Source: Chlamydiota bacterium (GTDB lineage: Bacteria > Chlamydiota > Chlamydiia > Chlamydiales > RGXB01). Taken from it: DNA of 50,789 nt. The position numbers were made by a program, and so were the translations under genes. Each line of letters opens with the position of its first letter. The stretch's first letter is position 1. The notes beneath the pieces are model-generated. The model was not told the DNA's origin, did no database searches, and was given only the letters and a program-made list of their open reading frames with translations. Positions 8,479 to 17,537 of this stretch are shown here, in pieces. The stretch lies in assembly GCA_010031885.1 (NCBI GenBank), contig RGYU01000002.1, positions 1-50,789 of the forward strand, in the 5' to 3' direction.

Positions 8479-9548
8479 TCTATCCTCTGCTTAAACGACT
8501 CCCCTCGATGTGCGTAGGAGTTAAATTGATCATAACTTGCAAACCCGGGTGACAACAAAAGATCGCCATCCCCCTTGAGCCCCACTTTAACCGCTATTTC
8601 TAAAGTGCTGCAACGCACTACCTCTACAACGGGCTGAAATATTTTGTGGATTTCTTCCATCGTCTCACCAATCGCTAAAATCCGCACCAGGGGCGCTTTT
8701 GAGAAAGATTCCAAAAAATTCTCCAGAGTTTCCCCTTTGGATTTGCCCCCAAAAATTAATTGAACAGGTCTTTGCATTTTTTGGAGCGCATATAGCGTAG
8801 AGCTTAATGTAGTTGACTTAGAATCATTGTAAATTTTTTTTCCAAAAAAGTCTCCAAGATATTCTAATCTGTGGGGTAAATTTTGGTAAGTATTTAATGC
8901 TGCTAAAATTTTAGCACGATCAATAGAGAACAATTTTCCAATCTCTGTAAAAATTTCTAGCGCTTCTTTATCAGGTCCCAAAGCCAATCCATCAGGTTTC
9001 AAAAGATTAAAAATTCTCATTTTGGTCCTTTTATACCTCTCCATAGTTTCATATCGATCCAAATGATTGGGTTGAATATTTAAAAGGACGGCTACGTCTA
9101 AAACTTTTTCATGGGTCGTTTCTAGCTGCTGGGCACTAAGTTCAACTACTGCAACTTCCAAAGGTGTATCTAAAATGGAGCTTAAAGGAATCTCATTGTT
9201 GCCTAAAGCTTTAGCATGATATCCATACGTTTTTAAAATATGCTCAAGTTGCATGACAAACGTTGATTTGCCATTAGAGCCTGTCACTGCAATGATCCGT
9301 TTTGCACAAATATGTTTCAATGCCAGGTCTATTTCTGAATAGACAGGTATTTTTTTTTGCCTGGCCTCTACAATCTTAGAGTGATCAAGACTAAAACCAG
9401 GTGAGACAATTACCTCACTAATCTCTTCAAAATGGACAGGAGTAGGAAAACAGTCATCGTATGTTACGGGATGAATTCCTTTCGATACAAAAAAGCGGAA
9501 AGCAGCTTTCCCGCTTCTCCCAAGTCCTAAAATAAGGGGCCTATACAT
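8454..9548 (-). CDS. murD: UDP-N-acetylmuramoylalanine--D-glutamate ligase
   Basis: ILGLGRSGKA N-terminal motif and VTGSNGKST P-loop. Located between mraY and ftsW. At 364 aa it is shorter than typical MurD. Confidence 0.85.
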   Translation of the reverse strand: MYRPLILGLGRSGKAAFRFFVSKGIHPVTYDDCFPTPVHFEEISEVIVSPGFSLDHSKIVEARQKKIPVYSEIDLALKHICAKRIIAVTGSNGKSTFVMQLEHILKTYGYHAKALGNNEIPLSSILDTPLEVAVVELSAQQLETTHEKVLDVAVLLNIQPNHLDRYETMERYKRTKMRIFNLLKPDGLALGPDKEALEIFTEIGKLFSIDRAKILAALNTYQNLPHRLEYLGDFFGKKIYNDSKSTTLSSTLYALQKMQRPVQLIFGGKSKGETLENFLESFSKAPLVRILAIGETMEEIHKIFQPVVEVVRCSTLEIAVKVGLKGDGDLLLSPGFASYDQFNSYAHRGESFKQRIEWEKKMLS

Positions 9549-10533
9549 AATATTTAGCTAACAAATGGATCATCATGCCAACAAAACCAAAAGCAATTTG
9601 GATGCCTGCAAATTTTTTTACAATATACTGTTCGCTTTGACCCTTAAACTGGTAATGGTGATGCAGCGGAGCACAGGCAAAAATACGCTTTTTTGTCCTT
9701 TTAAAATAAAAGACTTGCAACATCACAGACAACGTTTCTACAACAAACATCCCACCAAAAAAAATCAACAGAAGCTCTTGGTGTAAATAAACAGCAAAAC
9801 CGGCTATCAATCCACCCAAAGGCAAAGAACCTACATCTCCCATAAAAATCTGTGCCGGCTTTTTATTGAAAAGAAAAAAAGCCAATAAAGAACCTATAAG
9901 GGCCAACATTAGGTAATGAAGTGTAGGTTCTTTAAAATTCCAACCCATGACTGTCATAAAAAAAAGGGTAATCAAACTCAAGGAGCTAGCAAGTCCATCC
10001 ATTCCGTCAGTAAGATTAACCGCGTTAGATGTACCTACCATGATGAATGTTAAGAAAAACCCAAATCCTAATAACATACCCCAAGATTGGGTAAACACAA
10101 TCTTACCTAAAAAGGGGACGTGAAAAGAATCTAAAGCTCCTGACTTTATTGCTAAAGACAAAAAAACTACAGAAGCGGCCACTTGGCCCAGCGATTTAGC
10201 CCTGGCTGATATCCCTTTTGAGGTTTTTGTAATTTTAAATAAATCGTCTAAAAATCCGACTACGCCCAAGATCAAGGCCAATAAAGAAAATTCCATATAG
10301 GTTCTAGAAATTGTCCCTAAAAAAGGGGGTACAACCAAAAAAGGGACTAAGATAAATACTATACCCCCAAAAGAGGGTGTTTTTTCCTTTATCTCCTTTG
10401 TGTTCCCATCGATGATATGATCCACATGACCTTTAGAGCGGATGTTTTTTTTCTTTAGCCACTGAATCCATAGAGGGAAGAGGCAAAATGGGATGAAAAA
10501 AGAAAGCAACAGAACAAGTATATTTAAGCTCAT
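9541..10533 (-). CDS. mraY: Phospho-N-acetylmuramoyl-pentapeptide transferase
   Basis: NAVNLTDGMDGLAS, GDVGSLPLGG and PLHHHY motifs. The ORF is open to 10569, but the ATG at 10533 (MSLNILVLL...) forms a classic ATGA overlap with the murF stop, so I prefer it. Confidence 0.92.
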   Translation of the reverse strand: MSLNILVLLLSFFIPFCLFPLWIQWLKKKNIRSKGHVDHIIDGNTKEIKEKTPSFGGIVFILVPFLVVPPFLGTISRTYMEFSLLALILGVVGFLDDLFKITKTSKGISARAKSLGQVAASVVFLSLAIKSGALDSFHVPFLGKIVFTQSWGMLLGFGFFLTFIMVGTSNAVNLTDGMDGLASSLSLITLFFMTVMGWNFKEPTLHYLMLALIGSLLAFFLFNKKPAQIFMGDVGSLPLGGLIAGFAVYLHQELLLIFFGGMFVVETLSVMLQVFYFKRTKKRIFACAPLHHHYQFKGQSEQYIVKKFAGIQIAFGFVGMMIHLLAKYYV

Positions 10534-11795
10534 GACATCGTTTGTTGTAACCATGGTTTCAGCTCCCATAATCGGTTCAAATTAGATCCTTTTACCATCA
10601 CAAGGTCCTGTGGGATTATGTGTTGTGATAAAAGAGGTTTAAGCTCCTCGATATTCTCAGCGTAAAAAACCCTTTTTTGAGCCTTTTTTAACTCATCAAA
10701 AAGGATTTTAGCCCCCTTGCCAACGACAAATCCGATGTCCATTTTATTCTCAAGCTCATGTGCAATCTTTTTATGATAAAAATTGGAAAGAGCCCCAAGA
10801 CTTGCCATTTGCCCAATAATAGCTATTTTTCTGCGCTCCAATCCCTGGTAGCGGGTAGCTGAAAAAAATTGTATCATACTTGTGGGATTGGAATTGTAAC
10901 AATCCATTACAACAATCCCTTTCGGATAATGAAATTCTTCTAGCCGATTTTCCACAACGGGAATTTGAATCTTTTTTATAGGGCCAAGATTTAGGATATC
11001 TAGCACTTTATTGCATAAATCTTTTAAATCATCAAACAACTCATCCTGGGTGTTGCCGTAATAAATGACGCTTTTTCCCTCTAAAGAGAAAAATTTTAGA
11101 TAAGGTTTCACGCTATGATGTAAAAACACCCATTTTGTCTCAACGGGATCGATGATTTTTCCCTTTTCTTTTGCTATGTTTTCTAGCGTGTGAAGCGTCT
11201 CCAGGTGTGCCGGGGCGATTCGTGTAATGATGGCAATCCGGGGTTTTACAATCTTTACCAATCGATCCATATCGGTAAAATTCTCTATTCCCATTTCAAT
11301 GACAGCAAACGGTTCATTTTGATAGGAGTTGAGTATTCCTAGCGGGATACCCGTCTGTGAATTAGCATTTTTATAACTTCGATAACAGGGAGCAAACATT
11401 TGAATGGTGTCGGCTAAAGTCTCTTTGGTAGTGGTTTTTGCAAAAGAGCCTGTGATTCCAATCGTTAATGGTTGTAGCTCATGGAGTTTATTTTTTGCTA
11501 GAGAATGAAGCATTTCTAGAGGCGAGGGCACAAAAAAAAGTTCCAAACCGAAGCAGGGCCCATTGTAGTCTTTCTCTACGTAGGCTTTTTTTGCACCTTT
11601 ATGGCTTACCTCCTCTAAAAAGAGATGACCGTCAGTCTGGTTTCCTTTTAAAGCAAAAAAAATCCCGTTGGGTTCAACTAGGCGGCTGTCTACCGCACAA
11701 AAGGGAGTTCGCATATTCGCCTTTAAGGTACCCCTTTTTTTTATATAAAACAAGCGATCCCTAGAAGGGACTAAATAGATAAATTTACGTTTCAT
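10530..11795 (-). CDS. murF: UDP-N-acetylmuramoyl-tripeptide--D-alanyl-D-alanine ligase
   Basis: DSRLVEPNGIFFALKG...DGHLF N-domain and ITGSFAKTTTKE P-loop. First gene of the dcw-like block. Confidence 0.88.
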   Translation of the reverse strand: MKRKFIYLVPSRDRLFYIKKRGTLKANMRTPFCAVDSRLVEPNGIFFALKGNQTDGHLFLEEVSHKGAKKAYVEKDYNGPCFGLELFFVPSPLEMLHSLAKNKLHELQPLTIGITGSFAKTTTKETLADTIQMFAPCYRSYKNANSQTGIPLGILNSYQNEPFAVIEMGIENFTDMDRLVKIVKPRIAIITRIAPAHLETLHTLENIAKEKGKIIDPVETKWVFLHHSVKPYLKFFSLEGKSVIYYGNTQDELFDDLKDLCNKVLDILNLGPIKKIQIPVVENRLEEFHYPKGIVVMDCYNSNPTSMIQFFSATRYQGLERRKIAIIGQMASLGALSNFYHKKIAHELENKMDIGFVVGKGAKILFDELKKAQKRVFYAENIEELKPLLSQHIIPQDLVMVKGSNLNRLWELKPWLQQTMS

Positions 11796-11914
11796 TTTTT
11801 TATTAGTTTGTATGAAAAATAGCCCTTAAACGTTCTTGGATTCAAATAAAAAAGGGAATTGCACCAAATCCTTAAAAACTTTATTGAAAAGGAAAAATTA
11901 ATCAGAAGTTTCTC

Positions 11915-13012
11915 ATGGAAAATGGCAAAAAAAGGATTGTTCTTGTAACAGGAGCGGGTGGTAGAATTGGTAAATCTATCATTCAAAAGATTGCCGATCA
12001 GTATAAAGTGATAGGATTTGACCGCTCCAGCGCAATTTTTTATTCTGAAGATGAGGAAATTATTCCCTTAGACGTCTCAAATCGTGAGTCAATGATTTCT
12101 ACGTTTCACAACATTGAGTCTAAGTACGGAAAAAAAATCCATTGTGTGATTCATTTGGCAGCCTACTACAGTTTTGAAGGTGATAACTCCTTTAAAAAAT
12201 ATCAAAAGATTACCATTGAGGGTACACGCCTTTTGCTGCAACTTCTACAAAGTTTTGAAGTTGACCAGTTTATTTTTTCCAGCACCATGCTTGTTCACAA
12301 GGAGACACCCGTCGGGAAAAAAATTCATGAGGAAGATCCTTTATGCCCCTATTGGAACTATCCCAAATCCAAAATCATTACTGAACAGGTGATCCAAGAG
12401 GAGCGCGGATCCATCAAACAGGTCACCATCATTCGAATGTCAGGAATCTACGATGACAAATTCCATTCCATCCCCCTTTCTACGCAACTTCAAAGGGTTA
12501 TGGAGAAGCAATTTTTGGCCTTTTTTTACCCTGGAAAGAGGACTCACGGAAACCCCTACCTCCATATGGATGACCTTGTCCATCTAATTTATCTTTGTAT
12601 TGAAAAAGCAAAATCGCTCCCCCCATTCCTTACTTTGCTCGCATCCGAAGACAAATCCTTTTCATACATCGAGCTTCATCAGAGGATGAGCAAAGCACTT
12701 TTTGGATTTACCCTTCCTCTAATCTGGGTTCCTAAATTTGCAGCAAAAATCGGCTCTTTTTTTCTTATGAACTCTTTCATTAAGCCATTTATGATTGATA
12801 TTGCTGACCTACACTATGATTGTGATTGTTCCAAAGCTAAGACCTTATTGGGTTGGAGAGCTGAACACTCCCTTGATAAAAATTTGGAATCGCTTGTGAT
12901 GTGGGCAAAAAACAACAAACAAGATTTTTACAGAGAAAACAACCTGATTGTTCCTCATAGTTTAGAAAAAGAATGGAGTCGGCTTGATGCTCAAAAAAAA
13001 CCTAATCGTTAA
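11915..13012 (+). CDS. NAD(P)-dependent epimerase/dehydratase-type SDR
   Basis: N-terminal VTGAGGRIG glycine-rich dinucleotide motif and catalytic YxxxK (YPKSK). 365 aa. Confidence 0.8.
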   Translation: MENGKKRIVLVTGAGGRIGKSIIQKIADQYKVIGFDRSSAIFYSEDEEIIPLDVSNRESMISTFHNIESKYGKKIHCVIHLAAYYSFEGDNSFKKYQKITIEGTRLLLQLLQSFEVDQFIFSSTMLVHKETPVGKKIHEEDPLCPYWNYPKSKIITEQVIQEERGSIKQVTIIRMSGIYDDKFHSIPLSTQLQRVMEKQFLAFFYPGKRTHGNPYLHMDDLVHLIYLCIEKAKSLPPFLTLLASEDKSFSYIELHQRMSKALFGFTLPLIWVPKFAAKIGSFFLMNSFIKPFMIDIADLHYDCDCSKAKTLLGWRAEHSLDKNLESLVMWAKNNKQDFYRENNLIVPHSLEKEWSRLDAQKKPNR

Positions 13013-14285
13013 CGAAGAACGTCATCGCCTCTGGTACTTTTTTGTCACACTTTTCTTGGGATTTTGGCTTTTATTTACAGTCGATATGCTTGGAATTGAT
13101 CAAGAAGTGATTTTACTTAGTGACCGAATCTGTGGAATTCTTGTCGTTATTTTTTCTTTAATGTCTTTGCGAAGTTGCCCCTATTCTCCCTGGGTGATTA
13201 CATTTGTTGGAGTTTATCTACAGCTTGCCCCTTTACTTTTTTGGGCAAAACAACCCCAGGCTTACCTCAATGACACTGTATCGGGAATTTTATGCATCCT
13301 ATTTGCAATTGTATTGCCGGGTCTAAAGGGGATTCAAGATAAAGATGAAGGGCAAATACCTAAAGGCTGGTCTTATAACCCCTCATCCTGGGTGCAACGA
13401 TTTCCAATACTTGTTTTTGGAACTATTGGATGGTTTGCAGCAAGGCTTATGTGTGCCTATCAGCTAGGGTATATCGATTACATCTATGATCCTTTTTTTG
13501 TCGGTGGAACAGTAAAAGTTATCACCTCAAAAGTATCACAAGAATTTCCACTCCCCGATGCGGGTCTTGGAGCTCTTGCCTATTCGCTGGAAGTTTTACT
13601 GGGACTTAAAGGGCGCACCGCTAGATGGCGAACGATGCCTTGGCTGGTAGTTGGATTTTCTTTTTTAGTTGTACCTTTGGGACTTGTTAGCATCATCCTG
13701 GTCATTTTACAGCCCCTGCTCGTGGGTGCATGGTGTAGCCTTTGTTTGCTTGCAGCATTTTGCATGCTACTCATGTGCATGCTAACCCTTGATGAAGTCG
13801 TCGCCGTAAGCCAATTGCTCTATAAAGCCTATAAAGAGAAACACTTTTTTAGAACCTTTTTTATGGGAACCTACCCTGATGGGGTGAGTGATGACCCACA
13901 AACAGAAAAATTCCCTCCAGCACCTTTCGAATTTTTCAAAGAGATGCTTCGAGGCGTTTCGTTTCAACCCTACCTGGTTGGTTCAACCTTTTCAGGCATG
14001 TTTTTTATGCTATCCCCTTTCCTCTTTGGAGTGGGTGGGCTTATGAGCGATTTATGTCACACTTTTGGCGCTTTAATAGTTGTTATTTCCATTCTTAGTA
14101 TGGCCGAAGTGGGCCGAGTCATTCGAAAAATCAACCACGTATTTGCAGTTGTCTTAGTGATTGGCACCTTATTTTCCGAAACCGATTTGATTACCAAAGG
14201 TATTTTAATTCTAGCTTCCATTTTGGTAAGCTTTTTAAGTGTACCCGAGGGAGAGCTCAAGGAGAGCTACGGCTTTTGGGGTTAA
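12984..14285 (+). CDS. Polytopic membrane protein with VKOR-like core (TM CxxC), possible SPW-type flanking helices
   Basis: About 10 TM helices. The central segment SKVSQEFPLPDAGLGALAYSLE resembles the VKOR S..(G)P.A..G..aY motif. A membrane-embedded WCSLC (CxxC) follows. YSPW sits at a TM start. The VKOR loop Cys pair is not apparent. TTG at 12984 or ATG at 12987; overlaps the upstream SDR gene. Confidence 0.45.
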   Translation: MMLKKNLIVNEERHRLWYFFVTLFLGFWLLFTVDMLGIDQEVILLSDRICGILVVIFSLMSLRSCPYSPWVITFVGVYLQLAPLLFWAKQPQAYLNDTVSGILCILFAIVLPGLKGIQDKDEGQIPKGWSYNPSSWVQRFPILVFGTIGWFAARLMCAYQLGYIDYIYDPFFVGGTVKVITSKVSQEFPLPDAGLGALAYSLEVLLGLKGRTARWRTMPWLVVGFSFLVVPLGLVSIILVILQPLLVGAWCSLCLLAAFCMLLMCMLTLDEVVAVSQLLYKAYKEKHFFRTFFMGTYPDGVSDDPQTEKFPPAPFEFFKEMLRGVSFQPYLVGSTFSGMFFMLSPFLFGVGGLMSDLCHTFGALIVVISILSMAEVGRVIRKINHVFAVVLVIGTLFSETDLITKGILILASILVSFLSVPEGELKESYGFWG

Positions 14286-14475
14286 AAATTTTAAAAAATG
14301 GTACACCTCTTTGCTTAAAGCATCGGGTGTATTCATTTTACGATGCCTTTTTTTTTGCGAGTTTTTTTTAAGGACAAAAAAAGAGATCATCCGTTAATAT
14401 CTACACCAATTCCATTGTGTAAAAACGAAAAAAGTTTTTCCTTACCTCAAAAATCTTAAAAAAGTTTTTGAAAAT

Positions 14476-14547
14476 GGAGGTGTAGCCAAGCGGTAAGGCA
14501 GAGGTCTGCAAAACCTCCATGCGCCGGTTCAAATCCGGCCACCTCCT
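14476..14547 (+). tRNA. tRNA-Cys (anticodon GCA at 14508-14510); CCA not encoded
   Basis: Hand-folded cloverleaf. Acceptor GGAGGTG/CACCTCC, anticodon stem GAGGT/ACCTC with loop CTGCAAA, T-arm GCCGG-TTCAAAT-CCGGC. Confidence 0.9.
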
Positions 14548-14618
14548 TTCAATACAAAAACTTTTTTTGCTTTGATCATCTGTTTGTTGCTAATCTTTTG
14601 AAAAATTGAGGATGCGTC

Positions 14619-15419
14619 ATGCTCTATCTAGTAGCAACCCCCATCGGAAACCTAAAAGACATTAGTTATAGAGCTGTTGAAACACTCAAAGATGTTGATC
14701 TTATCCTTTGTGAAGATACCCGACACTCTGCCCCTTTATTACGCCATTACGAAATTTCGACCCCCTTATCGAGTTACGAGCAGTTTAGTGAAAAATCAAA
14801 GCTGAAAAGAATTTTAGATCTTCTTCAAGCTGGCAAAAAAATTGCTTTAATCAGCGATGCCGGTACCCCTGCAGTATGCGATCCGGGTGCGCTTTTGGTA
14901 AAAAGCTGCCACGAGGCTAATATTCCGGTCACTTCCTTGCCTGGGCCTGCAGCTCCCATTACTGCCTATTCCTTGATGGGGACTATGAAACCTTTTCAAT
15001 TTTTGGGTTTTTTTCCAAAAAAAGAGGGCGAGCAAAAAGCTCTTTTTGAAATCATGAGTAAATATCAGGGCGTATCGCTTTTTTTTGAAAGCCCCCACCG
15101 GATTATAGCCACAGTAGAAAAAATCCCTTTCGAAGCTAAAATAACTGTTTTTCGCGAGCTTACAAAAAAATTTGAGCAGATGATTACTGGATCAAAAGAA
15201 GATATTTTAAAAATTTTAAATACCCTTGAGCGTCTTGGTGAAATTGTTGTTGCAATAGAACCAGTGGCCTTAGTCTTTCAAGAAGATGAAGCAATAAATT
15301 TTGCCTTGGGTCTAGTGAAAAATCATAAAATACAGGTCAATACGGCCGCAAAGATTACGGCCGAGCTTTACCCTGTAAAAAAACAAATAATCTACCAAAA
15401 ATTGATTGATTCAATCTAA
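14619..15419 (+). CDS. rsmI: 16S rRNA (cytidine1402-2'-O)-methyltransferase
   Basis: LYLVATPIGNLKDIS and CEDTRHS motifs of the tetrapyrrole-methylase-fold RsmI family. 266 aa. Confidence 0.9.
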   Translation: MLYLVATPIGNLKDISYRAVETLKDVDLILCEDTRHSAPLLRHYEISTPLSSYEQFSEKSKLKRILDLLQAGKKIALISDAGTPAVCDPGALLVKSCHEANIPVTSLPGPAAPITAYSLMGTMKPFQFLGFFPKKEGEQKALFEIMSKYQGVSLFFESPHRIIATVEKIPFEAKITVFRELTKKFEQMITGSKEDILKILNTLERLGEIVVAIEPVALVFQEDEAINFALGLVKNHKIQVNTAAKITAELYPVKKQIIYQKLIDSI

Positions 15420-15643
15420 AAACGTTTATCCCGATTTTTATTTTTCATCCCCATAGGTGATCCATGGATCGGTCTTCTTTCTTGAACTTTGTCTCTGCTA
15501 GACTCGGCCCCGTGATGTTTGTATCCTAATTCTTTATGGTGCTGATCCATATGACCCTCTTTGATTTGACCCATTCTTTGTGGGTTAATCTCTTTTCTGG
15601 TCTCGGTCATCCATTTGGATATGCTTGATTTTTGCTCTTTCAT
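15416..15643 (-). CDS. Small hydrophilic His/Lys/Arg-rich protein, unknown function (75 aa)
   Basis: AAGGGA Shine-Dalgarno-like element a few nt upstream of the ATG. No hydrophobic segments and no family recognised. Its 3' end overlaps the rsmI stop convergently by 4 nt. Confidence 0.4.
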   Translation of the reverse strand: MKEQKSSISKWMTETRKEINPQRMGQIKEGHMDQHHKELGYKHHGAESSRDKVQERRPIHGSPMGMKNKNRDKRF

Positions 15644-15776
15644 AATCCCTTATCTCTATCATTTTCTGCAGGTTGAGGTCGACCAGCACCTCGTATCCTT
15701 GATCTTTATAAATAAACTATTCCGATTAAAAGTAAAAGAATTTATATATAAAATTACAGAATGCTAAGAGGTAGTC

Positions 15777-16178
15777 ATGCCCCATAGAACCCATAAACAA
15801 GAGCACGCGCGAAAAAAGGCGATAAAATCCGGTATGAAAGCCGAGAGCAGCCTGTCCTTTAGCCCTCAAGAAGAGGAAGTTATAACCCAAGAGCTTCTGC
15901 CGTTTATCCTTGTCCATTTTTTTCCGACCGACAAACAAAAAATGATCCGTCGCTTTATGCATGAGGTTCGTAGCGAAAAGAAGAAAAAATCTAAAAAACA
16001 TGCAAAAAGGGCTGATACTCTTGAAGAGATGGGTTGCTATCGTGACGAGCACTCTTTACACAACACTCATACAAAAATACTCAATAATCGCCAGGCCAGC
16101 GCCTCAGCCCGCTCAAAAAAACTCAATAAACACCTATCAACACATAAAGAAAAAAATAACCGCTTAAAAAAGAAGTAA
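15777..16178 (+). CDS. Highly basic small protein, unknown function (133 aa)
   Basis: AAGAGG Shine-Dalgarno 5 nt upstream of the ATG. Lys/Arg/His-rich N- and C-terminal tails (KKKKSKKHAKR, KKLNKHLSTHKEKNNRLKKK). The competing antisense ORF 15726-16052 looks like a low-complexity artefact. Confidence 0.5.
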   Translation: MPHRTHKQEHARKKAIKSGMKAESSLSFSPQEEEVITQELLPFILVHFFPTDKQKMIRRFMHEVRSEKKKKSKKHAKRADTLEEMGCYRDEHSLHNTHTKILNNRQASASARSKKLNKHLSTHKEKNNRLKKK

Positions 16179-16291
16179 TCTATATAAAACTCTTTTAGAA
16201 TCAAAAGAATCAGTATCTTATAAGAAAAGAGAAATTCAACTCTTTGGTATTGAAATCTACACCCTTGATTTCGTTGTTTAGTTCGGGCAAA

Positions 16292-17137
16292 ATGGGTCAG
16301 ATGACCCTTCGATGCGCACACATTAGTGATCTACATTTTTTTTCAATGCCTAAAACTATAGGCGGATTTTACGGAAAAAATGGCCTCGGAATTTTAAATC
16401 ATCTCCTTTTTAGAAAAAAAATTTTTCATTCCCATATTTTTCAAGATTTACTAGAAGAAATTTTAGCTCAAAATGTAGATGAGCTCTGGATTTCCGGAGA
16501 TATTAGCGTTTCGGGTCTCAATGAGGAGTTTCTTCTTGCAAAACAAGAGATGGAAATAATTTACAAGCGACCTCTCAAGATTCGTGTAATACCTGGAAAT
16601 CATGATGTTCGCTCAAAAAATCTTCATACCTTTTATCAACTTTTTCTTGATGGGAGAACTCCTGAAAAAATTGAAACAATAAATCTTAACCCCTTTTGGG
16701 ATCTTATCACCATAGATGCATCTCACAACGAAGAGAAGCGCGACTGTGGCCTTTTTTGCGAAGCTTTAGAGGCTAGTTTGATAGAACACCTAAAAAAATC
16801 TACCGCTTTGCAAGTCGCTATCATGTGCCATTATCCGCCTCCAATTGCACAGGGGCAGAATAATCGGTTAGTTCGAGGCGACCAACTGGAAAAGCTCCTT
16901 CTCAAATTCACAAAGATCGCCCTTTTTGCCCACGGTCATACCCATAAGCAAACCCTTTTTCACCAAAATAACCTTGCAATTGCAAATCCGGGGATATCAA
17001 GAGGAAGCTTTGGCCGCTATAATCTTTATGAACTAACCAATAAATCTCTCAAGATTGAACTGAAACGCGTGAGAAAGAAAAATTCTCACGAAGCCTGGAG
17101 AAATGAGCAAGTATTTTCTAGGGAAATATCTGTATGA
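16292..17137 (+). CDS. Calcineurin-like metallophosphoesterase
   Basis: Motifs in order: ISDLHF, SGDIS, GNHD, GHTH. The ORF is open from 16244 (TTG). ATG 16292 (MGQMTLRCAHISDLHF) gives the usual short N-terminus. Confidence 0.85.
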   Translation: MGQMTLRCAHISDLHFFSMPKTIGGFYGKNGLGILNHLLFRKKIFHSHIFQDLLEEILAQNVDELWISGDISVSGLNEEFLLAKQEMEIIYKRPLKIRVIPGNHDVRSKNLHTFYQLFLDGRTPEKIETINLNPFWDLITIDASHNEEKRDCGLFCEALEASLIEHLKKSTALQVAIMCHYPPPIAQGQNNRLVRGDQLEKLLLKFTKIALFAHGHTHKQTLFHQNNLAIANPGISRGSFGRYNLYELTNKSLKIELKRVRKKNSHEAWRNEQVFSREISV

Positions 17138-17535
17138 AACCTTGGTATATAGATGGTATCCATTTTAAATGCACCGGCTGTGGCAACTGCTGCTCTAAAG
17201 AGCCTGGGGCTGTTTTTGTGAGCAATGAGGAAATTGAAACCATCATTTTACACTTGAAAATAGATAAAATGGAGTTTCTTGATCGCTTTACCCGTAAGCT
17301 GCATGGCAAAATTGCGCTTAAAGAGCTAGCAAATTTTGACTGTGTATTTTTAAAAGAAAATCGTTGCTCAATTTACCATCAACGCCCGAAACAGTGTAGT
17401 ACATACCCTTTTTGGCCAGAGCTTCTACGATCATTGAAGGACTGGGAGGGTGAAAAAACTCGCTGCGAGGGGTTAGACCACCCTGATGGTAAATATTTTT
17501 CCTTCAATCAAATTAGATCTATTGTTAAAGGCTAG
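17134..17535 (+). CDS. YkgJ-family (UPF0153) cysteine-cluster protein
   Basis: CTGCGNCC (CxxCxxCC) near the N-terminus plus downstream Cys residues. 133 aa. ATGA overlap with the preceding gene. Confidence 0.75.
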   Translation: MKPWYIDGIHFKCTGCGNCCSKEPGAVFVSNEEIETIILHLKIDKMEFLDRFTRKLHGKIALKELANFDCVFLKENRCSIYHQRPKQCSTYPFWPELLRSLKDWEGEKTRCEGLDHPDGKYFSFNQIRSIVKG

Positions 17536-17537
17536 GT

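Noticed and set aside
11792-11986. 64-aa minus-strand ORF in the murF/SDR divergent region
   Set aside because: It overlaps the start of the SDR gene and the intergenic promoter region, and it has AT-driven Phe/Asn/Lys-rich composition.
14286-14360. Possible terminator after the VKOR-like gene (TACACC ... GGTGTA followed by T-runs)
   Set aside because: It has only a 6-bp stem with a 17-nt loop, and the T-runs are separated from the stem. This is too weak to annotate.
15726-16052. 108-aa minus-strand ORF rich in Phe/Leu
   Set aside because: It is antisense to the 15777-16178 basic-protein ORF, which has a good AAGAGG ribosome-binding site. Its Phe/Leu-rich composition is what is expected when Lys-rich (AAA/AAG) coding sequence is read backwards.
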